Of a stretch of 64,000 nucleotides of DNA, positions 22,882-35,264 are shown piece by piece. A program made the position numbers and the translations under genes. Numbering within the stretch: position 1 is the first letter of the stretch; the number at the start of each line of letters is the position of its first letter. The stretch comes from Neophaeotheca triangularis (lineage: Eukaryota): the NCBI GenBank assembly GCA_054600435.1, contig BAAIJX010000062.1:1-64000 (forward strand), read 5' to 3'. The notes under the pieces are model-generated. The model searched no databases. It had not been told where the DNA came from and saw only the letters and a list, made by a program, of their open reading frames with translations.

Positions 22882-25084
22882 ATGGTCAAAAGCAAGGTGA
22901 GCCTGCCTTAGCAGACATGCGATGAAAAGTGGCAAATCGATCGTTTACCTTTTTCAGCCTCAGATATGAAGTACTTGCAATCTCTGGCCAAAACATACTA
23001 ACAAGCAGTGCCCCCAGGAAAAGCGGCGCAAGGACCACGAAGAGGGAGGTCAACCAGAGGCTAAGCAGAGAGCCGTACCCTACCGTCCAAACGAAACTAG
23101 CTCGATTACTAGGAGGTTCTCAGAGCGTGTACGTGCAAAGTTCGGCACTTCAGTCGCACCGGAGATGCCTCCCATTGCTCACGAGGGAGGCCAAGATGGC
23201 TCTATGTCGGAAACATTAGGGCGCCATTTTGAAGCTGCGGCGCAGGACACGCGGTATATCATCGAGCGACAACGCCTTCTCAGCGACGAGAAAGCACACG
23301 TCAGTGCGTGGCAGGAGCCCGCAAGATCGAACGCGAGCACAAACGAGCTCAAGGCGCAAGAAATCATCCTCAAAATTCGGGAGCATGAGCGCAAAGATGA
23401 GGAATTATTCGGCAATTTACCTGGAGAAGCCGTGCCTGACGACGAGAAGACACGCGACATGGGCGGACGCTTTCTCAGGAACCTTGAACGTATCGAAAAA
23501 AGTAGCGTCTTCAACATCGCGAAGCAAGCACCCAAAGGTTGCCACTTGCACATTCACTTCAATTCGGAGCTCGATCCGGAACCTTTGTTTGGACTGGCCA
23601 AGGAACTCGTTCCGGAGACCATGTTTGTACGCTGCACACGTGCATTACGTGAGGAAAAGGACTTTCGAATCGCTGAGATCGTCTTCAATGTTATGCCCGC
23701 AGGAACCTCAACTTCGAATGTCTTTGCGGATGACTACAACCCGGATGTAAAAGTTCCTGGCAATTCGCCGTGGATGAATTGGCAAGACTTTTGTGAAGAG
23801 TTTCCAAAGCAGCCAGCAGTCCTCGACGAGCTGTTGCCCAAGCTTGATAGGCCTGAGATGAAAATGAAGCTAGGGAAAGCCGAAAATTGGGCTCGCGAGA
23901 AAATGGTGATAACAAATTCCAAGGAGCATGGCACCTCCATCGAGCCGCAGACTCACAATGGTGCTTGGGCCTGCTTCAACATAGGTACTCGAGCTTTCAA
24001 GGGGCTTCTGAACTATCAGAGCATCTATACCAAGTATATCGGCCTGGCGATCGATAACATGGTTAAACAGGACAAGATCATGTACTGCGAGATGCGGCCA
24101 ATGCTTCTTGATAAGTCAATTCCGACGGACGATGGGAAAGGGCAGCTGAATCATGCCGCTCAGATGAAGATCATCTGCAGTGAGGTGAAGAAGAAGCAGG
24201 ACGAGCTTGAAAAGCAAGGTCGCCTTGACGACTTTCCGTTCGGGATTAAAATCATTTACTGCACGCCGAGAAGCATACCGCGAGCTCGGATGCAGGCCGA
24301 GTTGCAAGATTGCCTAAAGCTGAAGCTCGAGTTCCCTGATCTAATCTGCGGCTTCGACCTCGTGGGCGCTGAAGACCGCCCCAATAGCATCTCCTTTTAC
24401 GCCGACCTCCTAGTCGCTTTTGCCAAGACATGCGATGAACTCTCGATAAAGATCCCCTTCATGTTCCACGCCGGAGAGACTCTGCTCGACACTGGCGGCT
24501 CGGACGACCCCGACAAGAGCAACCTCTACGATTCGCTTCTTCTCAATGCCAAACGCATAGGTCATGGCTACGCTCTCCTCAAGCACCCATTGCTCGTGGA
24601 GCGCTACAAAGAGCGGGGCATCTGTCTCGAGCTCTGCCCAATTTCCAACGAGCTCTTGCACCTCTGCGGCAACGTGCGCGAGCACCCTTTCCCCGAGCTG
24701 CTAGCGGCCGGACTCCACTGCACTCTCAATAGCGACAACCCATCCCTCTTCCGGTAAGTCCTCCCCTTTTTCCTTCCGCCGTCAGCCCTCGAAGCTGCTT
24801 CTGCAGCTCGTGCCGTCACTAAAACTGCGGGAACGCTGCTCAGATCTAACGCAACTGACAGCTCGAGTCTGAGTCACGAATTCTATCAAGTCATGGTCGG
24901 CGATACCCGCATGACGTTGCATGGGTGGAGACAGCTTGTTGAGTGGAGCGTGCAACACTCGTGCTTGGACGAGGAACAGCAACGGAGAGCGATGAAGATT
25001 TTGGCTGCGAAATGGGAGGCTTTTTGTCAATGGGTGGTCGGGGAGTATGGTGAGTATGCTCGGAAACTGCCCGTGTCGCCTTGA
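22882..25084 (+). CDS. adenosine deaminase, ADGF/CECR1(ADA2)-like; probable exons 22882-22896, 23009-24753, 24862-25084 (about 660 aa)
   Basis: Motifs PKGCHLHIH, GFDLVGAED, FHAGET, SNLYDSLLL, KRIGHG, LELCPISNE and NSDNP. The 3' intron is GTAAGT..CTAAC..CAG. The 5' micro-exon MVKSK (intron GTGAGC..ACTAAC..CAG) is less certain; alternative start at 23165. Confidence 0.9.
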
Positions 25085-27744
25085 TGTTTTTTATGGCTAG
25101 TGATTGAATTACGATTTCATTGATGATCCTTCTCACTTTCATGGCGAGACGGAGAACGAAGCTCGGCACCCGTGAAGCCTTTTGGACAGGAACCCATGCA
25201 TACGCTGTCTTGCGGGGTTGAGCATGACTTCAATGTTGAGCGGAACGGGATGAGAATGAATTTCCATCTGGCTTCTAAGTTGGTAACATAAACGGAGAGG
25301 TACGAGTGACAGGTGAGAGGCATCGACGAAAAGTTACATTCCGTCCATCGACCTCCTTTCCGACTTTCGGGGACACTCGCCCTCGCGCGCAGAGAAAAAA
25401 AGAGGGCACGCACACAAGTCCAGAGAAAATCAGCAACAAAGAAAGCCGCCAGTCACTTGAGCATCGAAGGGAAAGTAAACTCATCCACGAAAGAATTTGT
25501 TTTAGCTTTCGGGGCAGTTGTATTTAACGTCGGTGGACTGCAAGATGGGTAAGTCGCTGATTTTTGACGTCGTAACTGAGGAAGGGGACAGCGGTCGCCA
25601 CGGGGATTCGACCGTGGGCTTATAAAGAAAGGGGAGGGCGGGTCTGGAGGTTTGGCTGTCTAGCGTCCGGGTTGGGATTTAGTAGAGCGAGAACGTACCA
25701 AGTGTGCCACAGGGGTGAGTTTGATGGAGGTTTTGATGGGGGTCGAATATACTATTTACATGGGAGTTGATTGTAGGTGCTGCTACTTCGGCTCTCAATT
25801 TGCAAGGCTCCGCACTTTTAGGGGTTCCGTGAGTGAGGTGAGGTTGGAGCTAGGTTACGGAAGGTCACGTGGTCCATGTTCAAGAAGCTTCGCGGCCATA
25901 GGCAGTGAAGCGTCACCTTCAATTTCACTACCTCTACCATAACCTCCGTTCCCTCAGAGATTCGTTTCTTTGACACTTCATCAACCCCACAGCGTTGTGG
26001 CTAGCAGGACTCAACTGCCTCTTACACGAAGCATATGCAACCTCTTGGTTTACTTCATCCTCACCAGGCGGAGTAAAACTTCCCTTTTCTCCCACCATCC
26101 GACTGCTGAATGGCAGACGCAATATCCAAATCACCACAGTGTCTCCAATGACGAAGGCTCCGATGCTGTCTGCAGTCGCGATTGCCCTTGGACTGCTCCA
26201 TGAGCGAAGCGTGCGTGCTTTCGAAGAGGTGGAAACTTAAGCTGCGCGTTGGAGCTTCACGCAAGATGGGTCCAGGACTTGGGTTGAAGGGGATTTTTGA
26301 TACATCGGCGGGTGGTCATTGAGTAAGTCTTCCCCCTCCACCACACCTTCGCTGCCTCTACGCTTTCATGATGAAAACCAAGATCGGGCAATCGTAGACA
26401 GTCCTTTCCTCGGAGAGGGGTGCGTAGGGCGTTACTAGCACTCTCTGATGGCCTCGTTTGATGAGAGTGCTGGGGAAGTGACCACCGCTGGCTGAAAGTC
26501 CGTCGGCGTGCCTTGATGCGGTACCTCGTTGAGTTGCTGCTCGGATGAGCTGGAAGGATCAGTAACCGCTGTCCTGGACGAGAGATCTGTTGGAAAACTG
26601 ATGTACATCTGCCTATGTTTGATGCGGAGGAAGTTGTGGTTTGGAACTTAGCTGACACGATACTGTTGTAGTACTGGGAGAGACTTTTGGCATCCTCCGT
26701 ACGGTGGATATCTACAAGAGGCGTTTTGGAGAAGCATGTGTTCTCGGTACTGTGGTGACTAGTGATGCTATCTACAATTAGATACAGGCAAAGAGCCAAG
26801 GAGTCGAATGAAGGCGTGCGCGTGTTTCAAAGTTGCAGGGATGAAACGATGAAGGCAATCCTCGCCAGCCCCTTTTAGCAGTACACGGCAGTTCTAGACT
26901 TCTAGTACCTAGCTAAGTACATAGGTAGTGATGAGAATTTGATGGCTTCAGCCTTCCCTTCCTGAGTCGAGGGGCAGAGGCTGAAAAGAACCTTACAGAT
27001 TCTTGTCAAGCGGTGTGGCATGCCACTTCCCAAGACAGGTACCAAAAGCAATAGTGTGGAATAGTGAGCGTAGTAGTAGGTACTAGTGAAGAAGACGTTA
27101 GGGGGTCGGTGATGGACGTGCATATACATTACTAAGGTATTATTTCTGCCAATCTGCGCGCTTAGACAGCTGCCCCTCGTCACGTGTCCGCCAGCCAACT
27201 TGTGGGGTTCTGCAGACGGCGACGTCTGGTTGGCTGGCGGGCAGAGGCAACTAAAGATTGCCCGCGCTTTTAATCAGGTTAGCGTGCGAAAGGCGGCCAG
27301 CTTGGCGAGGCAAGTCTGCACAAGCGACGCTTCTGGACATTACGGGAGGTGCCCCCTACGTACCACTAATTCTCTCTCCGTCCGTCTCTCTCATCACTCC
27401 TTACCACCACCACCACCACCCTCCTAAACCGTCCTCACCTCTCCTCACCTCTCCTCACCTCACTTCACCGCGTAGTCGTTGCTTGTCAACCTCCTCCCGC
27501 CTCCTTCCCCCACCCACCGAGCTCTTTCTCTTTTTGCACTCTTCACCGCGCCTACCTGCGCTTGCATCCACATAACGCTTTCACTTATTTTTTCTTGTTC
27601 TTTACCTACTACTCACTGCCACATCCATCCAACAAGCTTAATCTACCAACGTCCACGCTGCGTGCGCGCTGAAACGCCGACCTCAGTTGTGGTCTATTGT
27701 CGTCGACGACACGCCTGACACTCAGAGTCGCTAGAAGCCTCCTC

Positions 27745-27786
27745 CACACGCACACGCACACATACACAGACACACACACACACACG
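27745..27786. repeat. imperfect (CA)n microsatellite in the upstream/leader region of the Q-rich gene
   Basis: cacacgcacacgcacacatacacagacacacacacacacacg read directly. Confidence 0.85.
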
Positions 27787-28268
27787 CCTGCCCTCGACCC
27801 GTCGAGCACTTCTTTGCAGCCTACTGCAACCTCATCTCGCGAGTCGCTTCCCATCGATACCCTTACCGCTTCTACCATACCAGAACAAAGCTTGGGAATC
27901 TCTTTGCTCCAGATTGAGCTCATCTGCCGAACAAAGAAGGCGTTTCCATTGTCGACTCGACTCGAGCGTCTGCCTTGGTTGGATATTCAGTATTCATTGT
28001 AATAAAACTACACACTACCGGCCCGCTTTCTTTGGAAGAGCAGCCTAATCTCGGTGCCTGCATCGGACAAGGACACTTTACACGCTATTTCCCCCGACAC
28101 CGCAACCCTCAACTACAAAACACTCACACATTTAATCTCCCGCTCCTTGACGCTTTCTGCCTTTCAACAGCTGCTATCGTGTTTGGACAAGCAGTCAGCG
28201 GATCTTCATCGACCTCGCTTTTCCCGTGACAACTTGCGGCCCTACACTCTTAACGATCATCACAAACT

Positions 28269-28937
28269 ATGAGCATTGGCGCTGGCGGTCTTGCTCAAAT
28301 GACTTATAACGCAAACAACACCAACCCCTTCTCCAACGGCAACAATGGCCTCGGTGCCCCTGGCAATGGTTTTGGCCAGCGCGGCTCTCGCTACAATTCG
28401 AAGCGTTTGAGCGTGGCCCTACCGCCCAAGGTCAACCCCATCAACGAGGAACAGGTCGACAACCCGACCCCTCGAACCAGCCGTTCCCACCTGCTTGCAG
28501 GTTTACGCACTCAGCCGAAGACTTCTTCAGCTCCGGCTTCCGCTCCTTACGATCAGACTCAGCATCAGGCGCAGAGTCTCGGTGCTTCCTCTTGGGCAGA
28601 ACAGCAGGGCTACAATGGGTACAACCAAGGTGCTCCGCAGACTGCTACTGGCTCTGGCTTCAATATGAACCAGCAATACGGCATGAACGCTGGACAGCAG
28701 ATGTACTCTCTCCCCGAGCAGGTCTTGGCTCCTCCCTCTCTTCAAGAGCAAGAAGAGATGGACCCGGCTGTGCTTCAGCAGATGCAGATGACCAGCCTCT
28801 ACCTGGCACAGCGCCAGCAACAACTGCAGCAGCAGCTCGCTAGTATCACTCAGGCTGCCAACCAATTCCAGGGCTTGAACCTCAACACCAACCTTGGCCA
28901 GCAAGGCTACCAGCAGCAGCCGCAGAACTTCTACGCT

Positions 28938-28973
<36 letters not shown>

Positions 28974-29954
28974 CAAATGCAGTCACCCATCGCAGTGCCA
29001 GGTCAGCCCGGCGTTTACCTGGTCTACGATCCCGCTCAAGGCGGCTACAGCTATGCTTTCGACCAGAACATGTACCCTCAGGCTCAGTCGGCGTCGTTCT
29101 CTCCGAGCCAGCAGAGATCTGCCTATTCTCCACCGAAGCAGCCGCCGACACCTGTCGTCAGCGTCTCTCCTCCTGCTCCAGAGCGCAGCACGCCGTCCAA
29201 CAACGGCTTCCGTTCCTTCACCCCACCAAAGAAGACCAACACGCCGCCATCCAACCTCGAGCACGTCGAGCCGCTTCCTCCACCGTCAGCTACTGCGTTC
29301 CGTCGCGGGCACAAGAAAGGAACGTCTTCTCTCTCCATCAACCCTGCCGCCAACGCTGAGCGTGGCCCTCAAACTGCATCCGCAGCCACTTTTGGTTCCC
29401 AGCGTTCTGCTTTGCCAGCAGCGCCCATGACAGGCACGTTTGGCCCGGGCGCCGCCCGCGCTGGAGAGCACCCTACCCGTCAGCCCCGTGGCCCACCAGC
29501 GCTGGACGAGCTTGTCGCAGCGCCAACGAGCTTGTGCGAAGGCAGCAAGAACTTCGCTACTCGCCAACGTCGCCGCGCTCTTGACAGCTTGCTCCGCGCT
29601 GGCACCCAGCGCCGCGGCGTTTCCCGCAGCTCCAACGGGAGCCCCGTCTCCGAGTCTGGCAGCAACAGCTCGATCGCGGACGCCGAGTTTGACACCTCCG
29701 GTAGCGGCAAGAAAATGAGTCCGATCGGAAGCGAGATGCAAGAGAAGCGCAACTCGAGCGGCTCGAACGACGGATACTTTGGTGCGACTGGGGTACCCAA
29801 CTCTGCCAGCTCTAGTGAGGCTGAAGATGGTGTGTACAAGCTGCCGCCTACTCCCATGAACACCGCGCCCCCCGGTTCTGCGGGCGGCGACAGGAAGAAG
29901 GCCATGCTTGGCGTGCTCAGTGCGGCGGAGAAGAGGAGGTCGTTCATCTTTTAA
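28269..29954 (+). CDS. hypothetical Q/N/P/S-rich low-complexity protein, 561 aa
   Basis: Long intronless ORF with C-ending codon bias and a polyQ from a CAG tract at about 28938-28977. Ordered-looking islands PTPRTSRSHLLAGLRT, FRRGHKK and GTFGPGAARAGEHPTRQPRGPP...GSKNFATRQRRRA. Confidence 0.85.
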
Positions 29955-31049
29955 CCTGGAAAGTCATTATTTTGGAAGGGTCACGGGACGGGATACTGGC
30001 TCGGACTTCGGTCGGTTTGGAGCGCTTCTGGGATAACGCGTATACTGAGACGAAGATGAGCACCATACCGACGAGCCAAGGCTATTGCGCTCTCGTTCCA
30101 AGCCATGTCGCTGCGCGGCCGGTCTTGCGACACGAGAGCCGTAGTAGTTACTAGTGCGCTCGACAGCAGCGCCTTGTGCATTGCTTGCTGCTTTTCACTA
30201 CAACCTTGTGCATAGCATTTTTCTTTCTTCCCTAGAGGCTGCAGGGATATAGCCGGGCGACTTTTGTCTCTTTCTAGATCGAAAGACAAGGCGCTGAACA
30301 TGGCTGCTTGCGATTCTCCTTTTTAGTAGTTATAGTCCGGACTGCGGATTTTTGGCTGCAGTCTGTGTATTCACGGCCTCATGATCTACTCGAGTTGTAC
30401 TACTTTGTTTGGTAACTGTATAGCCTCCTGTCCTGCTTTTTTGAGGGAGAGGTACATCAGATTGTGAGCCTTTCGGCACAGTTATTTTACGACACCTTGA
30501 TCTGAACGCCGCCGGGACGAGTCTTGAAGCAGGGCCTTCACCCTCTTCTAGATTTAAGGGTCCTTGATTGACTTCGTCTGCAAGGATAGTCCTCTGCCCG
30601 GAACCACTGAGACAGAGTGATAAAGCATTGTATTCATCGTTGAACATTCATCGTTGAGTGTCTTGTATAAAAGCAGCAGAGTCTCAAACCCGAACCCTCT
30701 GAGCTCGACGCCAGCGCATCTTTCCCCCCTGAATTTCCACCGAACGAGTCCTGGCTCCGAAATACCAAAAAGCAGCAAAACGATGTGAAACGACGCGAAT
30801 CAGCCTGGTCAGCAGCTGTTCAGGGGCAAAAAGAGTGAATAGACGATTTGAGAGCAAAAGCTAAAACAGGTGGGAGTCTCACGTCGTCACCCACGGTGGT
30901 ACTAATAATCGAAGACGGCCGCCTACCGCACGGCATGAGCTGCATCTGCATGCAGGTGATGGGCAGAGGTCCTTGTGCGCCCAGCATCCGCAGTTGCAAC
31001 TCTTCAGCCTACACAAGTCAGCATCGCCTCGCATAGGCCTAGTTAGTAG

Positions 31050-32127
31050 TCCTCACAATCCCTCTCCAGCCTCAGAACTCCGAATTTTCCACCTTCGCCA
31101 CCATGACTATCCCCCTGACGTCCGCTATTGTCTTTGACAAGCTTCACAGTCTCATCCAACTTCGCTACTATGCCCAACCAACGCCCGAGCATTGCTATGG
31201 CAACCCAGTCTCACACAGCAGCCCAGCGAGATGTTCAAATCCCTCCGAGCAGAGGCGAAGCTGCTTTGGGATTTTGCCGATTCAAGGCGCAGTTTGCCCA
31301 GAGCCGCTGTATCGTCTTTCCTCTGCTGCTTGGCTTTGGCCGCAGCGGATTCGAGAAGCCTGACCGTGTGGTTGGTGGACCCCAACCAAGGCTCTCGTCA
31401 CAGCGCGACACACGTCCACGCTGACGCCGACGAGTCTCCGCAATTTGGTGAGGGAGGCTTTTCACAGGCGCAGCGGCGTCCGAGGCGATTCTTGTGCACT
31501 CCGCGAGCAGCGGATCCAACTCCCGCTCGGAGGGGCAGGTTGGCTACGGAAACAATAACGCAGGTGCGTGCGCCCTCTAGCAAAGTATCCCGAGCGAGCA
31601 ACTATGTCCTGAAGTCGACAGCCACATCCTCGATCACCTTGCCCAGTGTCGTCTTTTGGTCCGCTAGCTCTGCTTTGAGCTCGACACTGAGCTCGCGGGT
31701 TCGATTGGCGCCTTCGGTGATGAGGGAAGGGTGCGTCCGTCGTTGGGCTTGAAGGTGCTGGACGAGAGATTCGAGCGCCGTCGCCCTTCGCGCTCTTCTC
31801 GAGGTCAGCTACCGCGTGGTCGGAGCCGGAGACATCCGTCCCACCAGCAGCACTTATTGCCAGCGCGGTCCTTGTAGCGCTCGCCACCTTAGTACCCGCT
31901 ACGAGGCTTCTTTTCCTCTCGGCGGCATCTGCCACATCTGGTGTGCCACCCTTTGCACCCCTTCGCCTCTGGGTCTTCACCCAGATCAGGCAGGTAGCAA
32001 ACGTACAGCAAAGAAAGATCAGCTTGAGCCAGGCCGATGTAAGAGGGAACTTGTCAGACATCATTCTTCGACTTACCAGCCTGCGGAGAGAATTCCAAAG
32101 AAAAGAGGAAAGAGGAAAGAAGAACAA
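31050..32127 (-). pseudogene. possible decayed coiled-coil protein gene
   Basis: Helical, protein-like segments lie in shifting frames: ATALESLVQHLQAQRR...ELSVELKAELADQKTTLGKVIEDVAVDFRT*LLARDTLLEG (TAG at 31604-31602) and VRLLESAAAKAKQQRKDDTAALGKLRLESAK. Boundaries are approximate. Confidence 0.3.
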
Positions 32128-33375
32128 AGCCGGTCTTCACTATCTTGGCCCAAGCAAATAAGCCACCCTACCAGCTTAACACATGGAAAGCAAAGCGGTC
32201 TTCTCCGTCACAGTTAATTCGTACACTCGTGTCACTTAGGATACCAAATACGAACTCCAAGGGCGTTGTGCTGACCTCGATCAATCCAACCGACCCAAAC
32301 GCAGCCAGGCCTTTCACTCACTCCGTTCGTACATGGGACAGGAGTCATCTGCCTCCTTTTCCCCATGCTATCCGCCCGCATGCGCAGTGGGTTCAAAAAA
32401 GAGCGCACACCAAGGGCCGGCGATGAAGTCAAGCGTGGACAACCACGTTAGAAGATCTATGGAGGATTCCATACGCAAGCGGAAGGGTGCGGGAAAGTGA
32501 GAACACCAAGACGCGATAGCATTCTCCCTAGAAAGAAGCCGGTGTCATCCAAATTGACGACCGCCTGACTTCCAGGGTGGAGAAGCTGAAGGCACAAGTC
32601 GCAGCAGGGACCACGGAGCCGTAAGAAATCCATATTGCGACCGGAGAAGCCGAGCGATGGGTGCAGGATCGAAACACACTAGTCGACGGTGCTGAGCCAG
32701 CAGCAGCAGAGTATCACCGCGCTGGTCGCATAGATCGCAGTGCTGAGAGCGGTTGCGATTCAAGGACAAAAATTGCAATTTGAGGGAATTGAGGGACGTA
32801 CGGCACTTTCTGGCAGAAATGCGCCGGGAACGTGGCCCAGGAGCCGAAGGCTGGATGTTGACGATAGCAAGCGTCGGATGGATATCCATGTAAGGCGCGG
32901 GGACGTGTCGATTGCTAATATTCGGTATTGCCTACGGGGTACTTCAAGAGCAGCGGAGAGCCGTGGGTGCTTAGTGTGTTCGGCGAGATAGCTATCTAGG
33001 CCCTTCTGTAAATGGTTCTTAGCTTCGACGTTCCTTGAAGTTGACTTATCGATCGCGTGCACGATACTCTGATGGTGTCAGCTCCCCAACCACCTTGAGG
33101 AAATCTGAAAGGACTAGATTCGTAACGTACCTTACTACTGCAACAGCTCAACGAGCTGAATGAAAGCGCAAACTTCGTAGTGAAGGGATGTGAATCATCT
33201 GCCATTTGGACTCCAGGCCGATCGTATACGTAAGCAAAGAAGGCTCTGAAGCCCTGAGAAGCACCGCAGTTCCGGTGAGGCACGGCAGCTGCAGCACCTC
33301 CTTTCTGGTAGAAACTCGAAGTTCAGTTCGTATGTTCAGGGCCAAGTACTGCCCTGCACAGTCAATCCTGCGCAT

Positions 33376-34746
33376 TCATGAAATGTACACTTTCTTCAGC
33401 ACCGTTTCTTCCCATTCGACACCCATGGCTTGTCCATTCTCCCCAGTATCAACAGCAGTCGGATCCCTGACGAATCCCTCCTTGACGCCCATCTTTTCGT
33501 TGAGTTCCTTCAGCCTCTGCCTCCCCATCACGCGCCCATTCGGCAAGACGACTGGATCCTCCTCGATAAAGCTCTTGGTGTGATGCGCATACGGCACGCT
33601 CTCAGCCAGCTCGTTCAGTTCAGTGCTGCAGATTGGACAGATGCCACCGTTGATGGTCGAAGAAGTGTTAGTCTTGTTGTGCGAGCTGTGGCAGGCCGGG
33701 GTCTTGAGAGCAGAGAGTCCGGCGGAAAGGGCGGTATAGAGAAGCGGTTGTTCGGGGAGGGAGAGGAGTTGTTGTGCGTTGATGAGGAAGAATTGGGCGA
33801 GGTCGTCGTAGCGCTTAGCATGATAGAGTGCCTGTATTTGGTGAGAGTTTGTCAGCATCTTCTTGTACTTGGCCCGATCCATTCTACAAAGCTCGCTATG
33901 GAATGACAAGATATTGCCATCAGGACCCGCAGATCCCGAGTAGTTCTCCCTGAACCCCATATGGATGTGACGAAGGAGAGTGGGAATACGAACCCTGTAC
34001 ATGCCCACTGGGGTATCGGCGTCATGAGCGAGCAGACCAGCAGCTTGCATACCGTACTCGAGGGTGGTGTCGCTGGTCAAGTACTTGCGAGCGTGGGCAA
34101 TGAGTTTGAGAGTCTCTCCAGCGCGAGCCATTTCGATGCATTCCTGAAGTCGCAGCTCAAGCTCAAGCTTGCTATCGATCTTGCGGAGGGCTTGCTTGTT
34201 CTCGCTGCACCAAGCCAAACACTCCCCCATCCTACCTTCCTTCAAGCTGTTGGAGATGCGATCAAACTCGGCAAAGACCGGTATGTCGACAAGATCCTCA
34301 ATGCCCTTCTCTTTCGCCAGGGCCTTTGCGGAATCGGTGTAGCCTTGGCGCATCATGTAGTCTACCAGCAAGCGGTCGAGGCGCGTTGCAGCCCAGCGCT
34401 CGTACTTGACATCGTCGACACTTTGAACGTCGAAGAGTCCTTGCAAATGATCGAGGCGTGCCTTTTGCTTGCGGTGGAGCTCATTTTCCTTTTCTTTCAG
34501 CGCGACGATTTTGGCTTGGAGCGTTTTGGCCTTTGCCAGAGCAGACGAGATGGCGGCGAGCGACTCTTCGGGCGTTTGCTCTCCATCCGAAGTGAGAGAG
34601 GCCATGATGCCTTTGTTGGCGACTTCGACGGCGCGCTGGGCATCCTTGAGGTTCTTGCGGAGGAGCTCTTGCGGCAGCTTGATCATGGATTGGTCCAATA
34701 GGAGATGCGCGTGGGGATCAAACTTGCCGTTGGAATGCTCTGCCAT
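33376..34746 (-). CDS. FYV10: GID/CTLH E3 ligase subunit Fyv10/Gid9 (MAEA homolog); 2 exons (34746-33994, 33831-33376), 402 aa
   Basis: Motifs KLPQELLRKN, LisH-like RLDRLLVDYMMRQGY, CTLH-like LAWCSENKQALRK..SKLELELRLQE, ALSAGLSALKTPAC, RING-like CPICSTELNELA..VPYAHH and DPVVLPNGRV. The 162-nt intron is GTTCGT..GCTGAC..CAG. Confidence 0.92.
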   Translation of the reverse strand: MAEHSNGKFDPHAHLLLDQSMIKLPQELLRKNLKDAQRAVEVANKGIMASLTSDGEQTPEESLAAISSALAKAKTLQAKIVALKEKENELHRKQKARLDHLQGLFDVQSVDDVKYERWAATRLDRLLVDYMMRQGYTDSAKALAKEKGIEDLVDIPVFAEFDRISNSLKEGRMGECLAWCSENKQALRKIDSKLELELRLQECIEMARAGETLKLIAHARKYLTSDTTLEYGMQAAGLLAHDADTPVGMYRVRIPTLLRHIHMGFRENYSGSAGPDGNILSFHSELCRMDRAKYKKMLTNSHQIQALYHAKRYDDLAQFFLINAQQLLSLPEQPLLYTALSAGLSALKTPACHSSHNKTNTSSTINGGICPICSTELNELAESVPYAHHTKSFIEEDPVVLPNGRVMGRQRLKELNEKMGVKEGFVRDPTAVDTGENGQAMGVEWEETVLKKVYIS

Positions 34747-35063
34747 GTTTGCAATGGCCTTTGTGCGTGATATAGTACCACGCGTGATGAATAGGCCGGT
34801 GAGAGGCAGGGAAGCTGGTCAAGGATAGTAAGAGTAAGGTAATAAACTAGGTATCGGAGGTCCTCAGGTGAGCATGTGAATGCAGCTCGAGCTTCACTTC
34901 ACCCTTGATATGATAAGATAAGGCCCATGGATGTCTTTAACCAAGAATTGATTAAGGATTTGATGGGCAAATTGGTTGAAAAGGAAGATTGGTGGGGTTG
35001 CAGCCCGAGGTGGGGACGGAGTAAAATTGATGTCATGGCGTATCAGGCACCGCACAATTTGCA

Positions 35064-35112
35064 CCCCTCGTGTTTCGACGTGGGACAGTCTTCACAAGTC
35101 ACAATACCCCCT
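35064..35112 (+). promoter_or_regulatory. two STRE-like CCCCT elements upstream of the hydrophilin-like gene
   Basis: CCCCT at 35064-35068 and 35108-35112, 150-200 nt before the ATG at 35265. The motif is short and could occur by chance. Confidence 0.3.
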
Positions 35113-35264
35113 ACCTACCTACACATCAACCAGCAATTCCCAACACCTACAACCTAGAAACGTGAGATTCAGCATCGGCCTGCATTCAAAATTTACATTC
35201 CCACTAACCACCACGCCCTATCAGTCACTACAACCCAACCACAACCACCACAAGACCACTCAAA

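Noticed and set aside
22882..25084. Adenosine deaminase as the enzyme editing the nearby UAG
   Set aside because: It has the ADA/ADGF TIM-barrel motifs for free nucleosides, not the CDA-fold HxE..PCxxC motif of ADAT/ADAR RNA editors; proximity is not evidence.
25117..27400. ORFs such as 26257..26799 (-)
   Set aside because: Non-ATG starts and random-like composition; probably intergenic.
33148..33375. 75-codon ORF in frame immediately after the FYV10 stop
   Set aside because: The context TGA-A is not leaky, the peptide looks random, it ends SAR (not a PTS1), and Fyv10 already ends at its expected KKVYIS.
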